NCBI RefSeq assembly: GCF_037042905.1
Contig: NC_087252.1
Location: 17,546,001-17,610,000, forward strand
DNA from: Lytechinus pictus
Lineage: Eukaryota
Direction of reading: 5' to 3'
DNA length: 64,000 nucleotides
Below are positions 12,300 through 22,985 of this stretch, in pieces. The notes beneath the pieces are model-generated. The model saw only the letters and a program-made list of their open reading frames with translations, was not told the DNA's origin and did no database searches. Position 1 is the first letter of the stretch. Each line of letters begins with the position of its first letter. Both the position numbers and the translations under genes were made by a program.

Positions 12300-13470
12300 A
12301 TTTGCATTATGAACTTTAGATATTTCTTTGAAAACATTTTTAAAACAATCTGCTGATAAGTTATGAAGGCATTTGTAAATAAATATACACCTGAGGTATT
12401 CTACTATTTTCTTTAAAGGCATCTATATTAAACGTCTAAACATTTCATTAGAGGGGGTTTACATATACAGTTTAAAATAAGTCTTGATGCCTTCTTTTGC
12501 AATTTAGTCAACTTATCAATTTGAGCTAAATAACTATTCCCCCAAATTTCGCAACAGTAATCCATTTGTGTTTGAATGAGGCATACATATAATAATTTCA
12601 TTGAAGCTTCATCAGCATATGGTTTGACTCTTCTGAGCATGGCAAGTCCTGCAAATACTTTTCTACATACATATTCAACATGGTCAACATGATTGCACCA
12701 TGACAAATTAGCATTAATAATAACACCAAGACATTTAAAACTATTACACTTTTCAATTTCAATACTTTCATACTTAATACGCATATTTTAATACCTTTAG
12801 TCTTTTTAAATTCAAATGATCATATATTTGCTTTTATCAACATTTAAACATAGCTTTTTTTAACTTGATCCACCTAGCGATTGCATCAAAATCATTCTGA
12901 AATTTTTCTTGTATCTCATAAATAGACGTAGTACTTACATATAGGGTAGTATCATCAGCGTACGTTACTAACTTTCCATGATTCAAAACGTTTAACATAT
13001 CATCAATATAAATAAAAAAAAAGTAAGGGACCTAATATAGATCCTTGTGGAACTCCACGGGAAATACATCGATCATTTGATTTAGCATTTTTTATCGCAA
13101 CAAATTGTTTTATGTTATTTAGATGCCAATCAAACCATGCTAAATTAAGACAAATCACTTAAATCAATAATCTTTAATTTATTTAACAACATAGACGCAT
13201 TTACAGTATCAAAAGCAGGTTTTAAATCAATGAAGAGTGCTCCTGTAATTTGACTTTTGTCTATAGCATTTAACCAATCATCAGTTGAAAAACCGTGGGA
13301 TGATGATGTAGAATGGCCAGGTCGAAATCGAATCCGTGCTATGCCAAGAGTATTATTCGAAACCAAATAATCATATAACTGCTGATGGACAATTTTTCAA
13401 AGATCTTGCTGTAGTCGGTAAAATAGAAATTGGTCGAAAATTGCAAACAGAAGTAAATTCACCTTCTGAA
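12300..13470 (-). pseudogene. Degenerate CR1/L2-group LINE reverse transcriptase, 5'-truncated; host of the BEL insertion
   Basis: Minus strand reads FRPISIL (~13420-13440), ALFIDLKPAFDTVN, GVPQGSILGP (~13029-13056), YADDT (~12948-12962) and FKCLGVII, with several frameshifts. Confidence 0.9.
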
Positions 13471-13842
13471 AATAATTTTTAAGTCATTATGCCCATGTGT
13501 GGCCTTACCTTATGAAAAGTCAACTGGGTTGAACACAGTTTGTTGTAACATATTTTAGTATAATTATGTGCAATGCCTCAAAATGACTTTTTGTAACACA
13601 AACTTGTGCCGAAAAAATGCAGTCAAAATAAGTTTGTCAGTTGACAGTAAACTGCTCATCAACATCGGCAGCATAGGGCATTAAAAAACATACACTTGTT
13701 CTTCAATACCTATAAAACTTAATCACTATTGCATAATTATGATTCCCTATTGTACTATGATTCCCGATCATTCCCAAACCAAGGGTTCAAATCCCTTCCA
13801 TCTTGATCTCATGTACCCACCTAAAACCTGACAAGAATATAT

Positions 13843-14187
13843 GGGCACAGATAAAACATATGGGTCCCATATGCGTATTACCATCTTGAGCCCATTTAGA
13901 AATACCCATCTGTAACCCAACTAGGATAGATTGGCACACTTACAACCCACGTGGGTCCCATATTCATATTACCATCTTTACCCTATTTAGAATTACCGAT
14001 CTGTAACCCAACTCGGATATTTTGGCACAGATAAAACCAACATGGGTACCGTATGCTTTGCACACCTGGGCCCCGTGTAGCAATATCCATGTGTTTTCGA
14101 AATGGGATTTATTTGGGGAATATGGGCCCATATGGGACCCAGATAAAAAAAAACGTAAGCGACCCAGATCGTTTGCTGTCTGGGTAC
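13843..14187. repeat. Repeat element with ~2.5 tandem copies of a ~90-bp unit
   Basis: Units start GGCACA at ~13844, ~13933 and ~14024; the first two continue TGGGTCCCATA...TTACCATCTT...CTGTAACCCAACT. Ends GTTTGCTGTCTGGGTA. Confidence 0.6.
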
Positions 14188-14248
14188 TGGCACATGGTGG
14201 CGCGCAGCCGCTCCAAAATATTGAATATTACGCTACAAACTTTTTCTC

Positions 14249-14710
14249 TACTGTGTTTACATGTGATCGGTTTTTGGTTCAGAACCAATAGCCGATGCAG
14301 AATCGGCTTTTGGTTTATCTTGCACCGCGTTTACACGCTGTTACAGCTCGCGGTGCAGAATCGGCTCGCGTGTCAAAAACTTGAAATGATACGCACACCA
14401 ACACTATACCTCATAAAAAAGACAACGCTGGGTCCGTGCGCTTACAATTACGTCACAATGGTAAAGTAAATGAAATGCACACCAATTGCCGATGCAGAAT
14501 CGGCTTTCTGTTTACACGTAGTAAAAAAGCCGATTCTGCATCGGCTCGCGGTTCTGAAACTACTACTTTGGTGGTGCAAAATTGCCGATTCTGAACAGAG
14601 AGCCGATGCAAGTTAATCGCGTTTACACGCTATGAAAAAGCCGATGCTGCATCGGCTCGCGATTCAGATCCGCGAGCCGATGCAAAAGCCGATCACATGT
14701 AAACATGGTA
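14249..14710. mobile_element. TA-bounded MITE built from reiterated GCCGATGCAGAATCGGC and GTTTACAC motifs
   Basis: TIRs TACTGTGTTTACATGTGATCGG / CCGATCACATGTAAACATGGTA. Same family as the split copy at 38517-38733 plus 44514-44739, in opposite orientation. Confidence 0.8.
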
Positions 14711-15398
14711 TTCGTCACGCAAAATTCAATTTTTGGCGCGGTTAGGCGCCACTACGCGCCAATTGGGAAGTAGTTTGAGTCAATGCTCGCCACTGGCACC
14801 TTGGCCACACGAGGCGCCACAACAGCTTTGTATTGGCGCGAACTGGAGCCGGCTAAGTGGTCTCATAGCATATTAAAGCGAAATAGCACAACCATAACTT
14901 AGCGTTTCTCCATGAATATATATTTTTTTTTGGGGGGGGTGGTGAGGGCGGATTTTTCAAAGGCTGATGATGCTAACGTGAATTGTTTCATTGATGGGGT
15001 ACTCTGCATCATGGAGAATTTTTTTTTTCCTTTTTTTATTATTATTTCAGATTTCGTGTTATCTTGACACCTCTCTATATAATCACTTCAATATGTAGAT
15101 ATTTGTTCTATTATTTCTTATTTATTTGTCTCTTTTTTTTACCACAGGGGACATCATAATACAGATAGCTATGGTCTAGTCGGAAGGTCGACTACGAAAG
15201 CATATCCGGGTCTTTTTGCTGTTACTCAGAGCTGTCTTCACATGTAGCCTATTACTAAAGTTTAAAGACAAATTGAGTAACACATTTTCTTTCGAAATAA
15301 GTTTATCATTCTGTTGATCATATACTAATATATATGCAAGTCTTACATATTCGCTAGATAATTTTAATTTTCTGCTGAGGAAAAAAGAAACAATAATT

Positions 15399-17300
15399 AT
15401 GGCGACACTTGAGCATACCGTTTCGCGGGGTTTACAGTGTCCAGTTTGTTTGAGTTTGCTAAATGATCCCAAGCAACTATCATGTACACATACGTTTTGT
15501 CAAAAATGTATCCGAGATATTCTAGCGTGCTCTTTACAGAATAGTACTGTAACTTGTCCATTATGTAGAATCAAAACAAATGTCGCGGATGGAAATGTTG
15601 CCAATCTTAAAACTAATGTACCTGTTAAGTCACTTGTTGATGACGTCAGGAAAAGCAAACAACTATGTGACATGTGTGACGAGCAATCAGAAGCCGCACA
15701 CTTCTGTTGCGATTGTGGTAAGAACATGTGTAACGCATGTCTGCAAGCTCATAACACATGGAAACCACATCTTAAACATGAAGTAGTGAGCGTTGAAGAC
15801 ATCAGAGAGGGTAGGGTAGTATTAAAGAAAAAGGTTTACTGTCAAGAAGAAGTACACCAATCAGAAGAGTACGAATGCTCTGATGTATGCACGACATGTA
15901 AGAAGCTCATTTGTATGAGATGTCGCATGCTCTACCACGAGAAAACAGGCCACGATGTGCAAGACTTAAGAGAGTACAATTCGTCTTTCACAGAGAGTTC
16001 TGAATTACTTCAGGGTCAAGGAAAGACAAAAGCTACAACAGTCAAGAATCATATGAAGTGTATTGATAATCAAATTAAACGTGTCAATGATCACATTGAT
16101 GCGGAAAATGCGAAGCTTGACAAGATTTGTGAAGAAGCTATCAAGAAAATAAAAGAGAGGAATGCTACCTTGAAAAAGCAACTAGAAGATCAGAGAGAAG
16201 AATTATGCAAGAGTTTAAATGATATGAAAATTGATGATAAGAGGATGGTTAAGAGCATTGAGAGTGCGAGTGATTTGCTGAGTAATACTTTGAAAGCCCC
16301 ACTAGAAGGAGATGTTGTAGCAATTCGTGATTCATTGTCTGGTGAATTGAAGAATGTATTAGATAGAGATGATCCAAAGGTAAAGGTTGCTATTGATGTA
16401 GGTGATCATGCAGAGGAACTGACGTTTACACCAAGCTGCGATCCTGATGCATTATCATTGGGGGAACTGAGGTTTGTGAAATGTAAGCCGAAATGCAATG
16501 TACTACTCTCAGAGAGAGGACATATGAATGGCATAGCTGCTACAAATAATGGTATGATGGCTGCTGGTTATAGTACAGGAGGGATCGATATCTTCTCTGC
16601 TGATGGTCAGCTAGTAAGGACAGTCTTTAAAGATGTAAGGATAAAAACGATAGAATTCCTCTCTGATGATCGTTATGTTGTGCGCAGTTATAATAATAAT
16701 ATATCACTGTACACATCAGACGAAGAGAGACAGGATGTGACATTCGATACTCTAAGTGATGGTGAAGGTGGGACAGGTGGTCTCACTGTAGACAGCAATG
16801 ATCTGATCTATGTTAGCTACAGGAAAGCTAATAAGATCCAGGTATTCTCACCATCAGGTGGGAAGGCTATCAGGGAGATACCATGCGATGGGTATGAACC
16901 TTCGCAAATCAAAAGTTATGGTGATTCGTTGATCGTTAAGCAGTTTATGAATGCAATAATACGTATTGATGAAAAGGGTGGTGTAATGCATAAATTAACG
17001 AAACCAGTGGAAAATAACCTCTTTGCTGATGTGAGTAAAGACAACACAATCCTAGTCGCCTCTGTAAGACACGAGGACGGCCTGCTCAATATCGATGAGT
17101 ACACCGGTGAACTGAAACACATCAAGACTCTTATATCTGATTACAAGATTGAGAAAACGGAGAGGCAATGGTATTACCTAAAACAGTTTCAATCAGGAGA
17201 GATAGCTTTCTGTACACCGGGTAGGCTCTACATATTCAATCTAGTAACTAGTGAATTATCTCGTGTGAATATTGTGTTTTGCAGCCAAATCTCTAAATAA
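15399..17300 (+). CDS. TRIM/RBCC E3 ubiquitin ligase (RING, 2 B-boxes, coiled coil, NHL-like beta-propeller), copy A, uninterrupted CDS
   Basis: 633-aa ORF: CPVC...LSCTHTFCQKC...CPLC RING; CDMC...CCDC...CNAC...H...H B-box 1; C..H...C..C....C..C...H...H B-box 2; heptad-rich coiled coil; repeats such as GLTVDSNDLIYVS...KIQVFSPSG. Confidence 0.93.
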   Translation: MATLEHTVSRGLQCPVCLSLLNDPKQLSCTHTFCQKCIRDILACSLQNSTVTCPLCRIKTNVADGNVANLKTNVPVKSLVDDVRKSKQLCDMCDEQSEAAHFCCDCGKNMCNACLQAHNTWKPHLKHEVVSVEDIREGRVVLKKKVYCQEEVHQSEEYECSDVCTTCKKLICMRCRMLYHEKTGHDVQDLREYNSSFTESSELLQGQGKTKATTVKNHMKCIDNQIKRVNDHIDAENAKLDKICEEAIKKIKERNATLKKQLEDQREELCKSLNDMKIDDKRMVKSIESASDLLSNTLKAPLEGDVVAIRDSLSGELKNVLDRDDPKVKVAIDVGDHAEELTFTPSCDPDALSLGELRFVKCKPKCNVLLSERGHMNGIAATNNGMMAAGYSTGGIDIFSADGQLVRTVFKDVRIKTIEFLSDDRYVVRSYNNNISLYTSDEERQDVTFDTLSDGEGGTGGLTVDSNDLIYVSYRKANKIQVFSPSGGKAIREIPCDGYEPSQIKSYGDSLIVKQFMNAIIRIDEKGGVMHKLTKPVENNLFADVSKDNTILVASVRHEDGLLNIDEYTGELKHIKTLISDYKIEKTERQWYYLKQFQSGEIAFCTPGRLYIFNLVTSELSRVNIVFCSQISK

Positions 17301-17471
17301 TTAACATATTCTTCAATTTATCTGTGTCAATATCAATCTTGGTAGGAATTTCCCATTAATGTCAAGAATCAAGAAATTGTATTCATTCCAATCGATCTCC
17401 CCTAAACAAAGAAAAAATTACGCATACCATAGTATAGTTCAACTTAAATGTATATGATATACAACCATTAA

Positions 17472-18243
17472 CCCTAACTAGGCCGGGCTTTTTTGGCTAT
17501 TCTGTGGCCTGGGGGGGAGGGGGGGTTGATTCAACCCCCCCCCTGAGATCTCGCCCGCCGATCGTGCGAGCGCCGTAAAAAATTTGCACGCTGGTAGTGT
17601 GCGATGTAATCTACAAGGCTGTATGATAAAATTTTCCAAAATAATGAGATTTTATTTTATATGAATTAATTATGCTAATTTATGCATAAATCATACTTTT
17701 TGCTCTAATTCACTAAATAAAGCTCCTAGAATGCTAATTTTTGGTAAAAATATTCTTTGTAGCATTCTTAACAATGGCAATTGAAAAAAACTTCGGTTTG
17801 GAAATCAATTTCTTATGTATTTTATTGTTTTATGAATTTCTTATGTATTTCTTTGTTTTTCAACCTTTTGTTTTTCTTTGTTTTTTTCACCAGATTTATT
17901 GCACAACCTTTTTGAAGCATAATTATGCTAAAATCAATTGCTTTCAGCTGTTTAAAGTAAAAATAATCATATCTTTATGAATAAGATGAGTAAACTCAAT
18001 TTTCATTGACTTTGTACACAAAATCACGTTTTGGAACAATTTTTGGTCTGACATGCACTTACAAAATATTGCGTAATTTCGGAACCGCGTACCCAGGCGT
18101 CGTAAATTTGGTCTCAAAAGATGCGCGAGACGTAAAACTATAAACTCTGCGAGTGGCGTGGTCAAAAAAATTCGTGCGGCGGAATGATCGCAGAAAATGT
18201 TGAGGGGGTTGAATCAACCCCCCCCCCCCCGGCCATTTTAGGG
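17472..18243. mobile_element. piggyBac-like non-autonomous element
   Basis: TTAA at 17468-17471 and 18244-18247; CCCTAA...GGCCGGG / CCCGGCC...TTAGGG termini; subterminal palindromes GGGGTTGA(T/A)TCAACCCC at both ends. Absent from copy B. Confidence 0.85.
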
Positions 18244-19340
18244 TTAAATACATTCATTGGTTTAAAATACATACGAAATTAATGTAATGAAATTTGATAC
18301 TCTGCTAAAGTTAAAAATATAACTTAAATTGTAGAAGCTCTGTCCCAAGTTATACCCCAACTGTATCATGTTTAGCCCATTTTCCGGCATTTCATATTAG
18401 GGGTTATAATGATTTTACTGTTCCTTTATTTACCATTCCTAAAATAAAGCAGTTTGAGCGCTTTACTGAAATCTCCATTTGTAGTAGAAACTATTTGAAC
18501 AAAGTGACTGTTTAATGTTGCTCTTTCTTTCTTTGTAATTATAATAATTTTAGATATTCTTATTTAGAAAGAAATATGTTCCAACATAAATACATGTATA
18601 TGACACCAAATCAATATTGAAAAGTGAAACACAACTGATTACGTTGATTATTCCAAAAAGATTAAAACATACAATTATTTCATAACCAAATTTACTTGCT
18701 TGCTGAAGTAATGAATATTCTATGAGATAAACGACTGATGTTGACAACGCGACCAGTAATGAGTCTGGTACCAGTACCCTTTAGTAAAGATGAAAGACTT
18801 TTAAAATGTATTATTTTTTTGTTGAGAATGGGGATTAATAAATACTAGTCTCAATTGATATTATGTAGGCGCATGCAAGATTGCAAGTAAGTGCATGCAA
18901 GATCTTGGGGATGGGCCGGGAATATTCAGGGAATAGAAATAAAGAAAAAAAAATTAAAAAAGCAATGATTAATCGCAATAACACTTCAATACAATTAAAA
19001 ATAATCAATCGACCAATATCAGATCAATACGGCAAAAAATTCTGATGTTGAAAAATCCAGGCGAAAGTTGCCCCTACACTTGGCTTTTCATAGACCCAAT
19101 ATTGAGAGAAGTGAGTTGATAGACATGATACACGTGACGTGATAACGGTGGATTACAAACTAGAGAGTAGCATTTTCTTTTCATTCAGTCTTTATCATTT
19201 AAATATGATTTGGGTCGTATGGTAATACTGGTGAGATTATTATAAATAATATACGAAATGCATGCATATGATACAGATTTACATTAGCCGAATAGAAAGA
19301 TGGTGTGTATTATTTGTAGATTACTTCTCTTGGTGTTATA

Positions 19341-19552
19341 TGATAAAATAATAAATGATAAATCCATAATTTATTGTTCGAAATAGACATGAAATGAAAT
19401 GCTCCGAAAATGTGCTTTTGCCCAATTGATCGTGGGCCCGGCAGCCGCTGTGCAGCGCCAGATCGACGAGGCTCTATCCCTTTAATCGTTGAACGCCAAA
19501 CAGGGTAGCAGCAACTCCCATCTTTTAACGTCTTTTGGTCTGACGCGGCCAT
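19341..19552 (-). mobile_element. 5'-truncated SINE (body and AT-rich tail)
   Basis: Minus strand GGCCGCGTCAGACCAAAAGACGTTAAAAGATGGGAGTTGCTGCTACCCTG... resembles conserved metazoan SINE central domains. Absent at the equivalent site in copy B (~60430). Confidence 0.7.
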
Positions 19553-21108
19553 ATTTAAATATACTCTACTTGGATGCTATGGTATGTTCACGATTTCGAT
19601 AAATTTATCAGTTTGTTAATAATAATTTCCATTACATATTCCTTTTTTGTTTTCGATATTATCACTAACATAACCATAAATCAATGAGCGATGACAACAA
19701 AAATACATGTCGAATTCGATGTCAATACAAATGGAAATCATAAGAACCACCATTCCATTCATGGCATCGCAAGTTGGGAATAACCTTCATCAAAATGTAA
19801 ACAGAAATGTACAGTCATTATGTTCACAGCTAACGAATGAAAGGAGGTATATAGGCCTATAAATGTATATACATATTTCGTTTATTTTTTTATAACGTTT
19901 ATTGCGCTTATTAATTGTATTAGGTTGTAACTTCGTTTTATTTCAGATGGCTCAATCGAAGGGGAAAATGTTCATCGTAATACAATTATACTGAGTTTTT
20001 TTCTTAAAGTGCATTGTTTTATATTTGATCACATGTAAAGGACTAAGTGTGTTCATATTGTAAAACAGCTGAAAAAAGTTATACATACCACTAAACCCTT
20101 TCTATTTCCGCAGTCATTTCACCAAACAAATAAAAAATAAAAAAATAATTTTATTTGCATTGTATATTATTTGTTCTCATTCATTCATTCAATCATAAAA
20201 CTAGTTATTTGAATTCATTAAGACCAATCAAACGTTTCAAACAGACTTGTAGATGGAAAATTCAAACAGTGCCCTTCCATCTATATGTTCAAACACATGC
20301 TAAAGTCCAATTTTTATACATTATACATTTATATATATATTACAAGTGGTGTCCATTACGTGCACTTTTGCATAAAATTTTAACCAACTGTTGTATTTGT
20401 TTTTTGTCATTTAATATAGCATTTATAAAAAGTAATTAATATTATTAACAGGGAGACCGACGAAAGAAAAATAAATGGATTCAAGGGGATGCATGGTCAT
20501 AACAAATTTATAGATAATAAAACATGTATCAGGAAAGTAATGGGGCTTCCAGAGCTATGAATAAGAGAAACGAAAAAAGAAAAAGGAAGAAAGAATGACA
20601 AAAGTGGGATTAAATTAAAGGAAAAAAAAAGATACAAGATTGTTGCCAAAAGTGCTCAGTATGGCCTAATAGAGATCTTTCTTGGCTGGACAAATACAAT
20701 TTGTGAAAAGAATTTCAGGAATATTTCATAAGTCAGTCCTCAATAGTCAACTTATCACGCTTTCACAATACTTCGTTTCAAGTTTAGGTACTATTATTCT
20801 TTCTTGCCCTGCAATCATTTAACTCTCATCCAAACATATTGACATGTTATATTTAACAGTAATTATAATTTTTTTTTAATTTTTTTTTTAAAGTGATATT
20901 GGAGGTCATTGTCACCTCATTTTATCCTGAAATAGTTTCACAATAAGTCTTTATCGATTATCTTATTCTTTTCATGCCTATTCATGATTGTGATTGCGCC
21001 AGTATCAAGTAATTATGACATATCAATTTTCTTACTTACTTAATATTTACAGCCTGGGCCTTTAGTACGGCTATTTTTATGTATTATTATGCTTTTTAAC
21101 CTACGCGT

Positions 21109-21238
21109 TTCCATGACTACCATAATCAATCGTAAATGCATCTATTATTTCAATATCTTGTCTCTGTGAGTTTCGTATCCCTGATGAAGACGCGAGGTTT
21201 GCGTCGAAAATGTGGGTAATACTTCGAAAAAAAAACTT
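21109..21238 (+). mobile_element. Penelope-like retroelement fragment with a hammerhead-ribozyme-like core
   Basis: CTGATGA-A-GACGCGA-GGT-TTGCGTC-GAAA at 21181-21209, within a ~130-bp segment missing from copy B (~62105). Confidence 0.55.
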
Positions 21239-22480
21239 TGTGTTGAAACTTAATGCATACCACGCAAAGATGTATTTTTTGTCTCTGTTTTCTCTCCATC
21301 TGAATCAAACACGCGTAATATACTATTGTCATATATATATATATGTATAGATTTCTTTTTGAATATTACCAATAAAGAAAATGAATTATTTTATCAGTGT
21401 ATAAAATATTATTACATAATTTTGCCGTTAAAGTGAAATGAGTCAAAATTGAAAGGAATGGAATGACCAAGTTTATGAGCTGTAAATAGAAAAGCATTAT
21501 GTTTGAATTTGAGGTAACTCGAGGCGGCAAACGTGGTAATGGAGGAATTCACTATTTACTCTAAATATATTGCTAACGACGATGGGTAAGTATTGATTGT
21601 TAAAGTGATATATAAAGGATTCAACTTACAAATGTGTGCATTTTAAAAATGTTGTAAAAAAATTGATCCGTGTCGTTTTTTACATGAATCATAATACAAA
21701 TAGCCTTTGTTTTAAGAATAGCAGCTATCTGATATGCCGCGCTATTTTCAAACGCTAGAACAAGGTTAATTCAAACAGGCTATAAATAATATAGAGTATA
21801 AATAATTATTTCAGTATATCTATATATCATTAATGACGCCTTGTAATATATACACTTGCAAAAAATTATAATCTAGCTACCTGGTGTAAGTCCATGTAAT
21901 CTATCAAAATTCTACGATGTATAGGTCATATATATATATATATATATATTTTTTTGGAAATAATGTACCAGTCTCATCTCTTTTAAAGACTGAACCCTAC
22001 TCAGAATTTGGTAACTGACAAAGAAAGGTGATTCGTGAAAAAAAATTACTTTCATCTTCGTGCATATTAAATGAAGATAAATTCGATGATCTATGCAAGT
22101 CGCTGATATACAGAATACAAAACAGTGGGGAAAGAATGGCACCCTGAGGGATTCCACAGTTTGTATTTCCCAGTTCTTACACGTGATATTTATAACTGCG
22201 TACATAGGTTTATAATCCACTTTTTTAGATAATAAATCGTTTCTTCCTTCTGAGAAACCTCGCATTCGCATTCATTTACAAAGTGTAGCTGCAACGAAAG
22301 ACGAGGATTGATTTTCTATTTTGTCGTGGTGATGTTAGGTGAACATGCTGAACGTGCGTGATGTTCAGAGTTATGCATGTATGTCATGTATGTGGATGGT
22401 GGACATGAAAATGGTTGTGATAATTGGAGACGGTGTTTATCATGGCGACCATGCTGAAGAACTTGATGGTAAGAGTTGAA

Positions 22481-22733
22481 CACTGCTAAAACGCTGGTGT
22501 TAATGTGACACCTTCCTGGTATCTATTTCGGTCCACACCAGAGAGGTGTTGAAATAACACCGTTTCGGCGTTAGGCTAACACCGTTTCGGCGTTAGGTTA
22601 ACAACAATTAAGCATTTAAGCAACACCAATTAGTGTTTGATTCTAAACTGGTGACGTTGTTTCAACGCTTCTCTACTGTGGTCCGATATAGATACCGGGC
22701 TGGTATTTAATCAACATAGCTGTTTTTGCAGTG
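22481..22733. mobile_element. Palindromic MITE with CACTGC...GCAGTG termini; equivalent copy at 63379-63610
   Basis: Termini CACTGCTAAAA / TTTTTGCAGTG; internal inverted blocks GGTATCTATTTCGGTCCACA / TGTGGTCCGATATAGATACC. Confidence 0.75.
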
Positions 22734-22739
22734 TAGTAA

Positions 22740-22985
22740 TGATAATAAGTATAAAGATATAAGTAGTAGTGTCGATGGTCGTGAAGATGACGATAGCAAT
22801 GATGGTGATTGAGGTGATGATGGGGAACAAGCTGATATATGTTGGTGATGTTGATGGTAATGGTGATATAATTGTAAATGATAGTGAAGATGGTGGTGAT
22901 GTTGGTGATAGTAATGTTGGTGATGGAGATGAGAGAAAAGATGATGGTATCATTGTGATGGGGCTGATCGAAAATATGGTGATAT
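22740..22985. repeat. (GAT/GGT)n low-complexity tract; longer in copy B (63612-63955)
   Basis: Degenerate trinucleotide repeats. Confidence 0.85.

Noticed and set aside
13843-14710. CRISPR-like repeat array
   Set aside because: Repeats are degenerate internal units of eukaryotic MITEs, with no constant repeat/unique spacer pattern and no cas genes.
15399-17300. Assigning a vertebrate gene symbol (TRIM2/3/45/56/71)
   Set aside because: The architecture is shared by lineage-specific invertebrate expansions; orthology cannot be set without a phylogeny.
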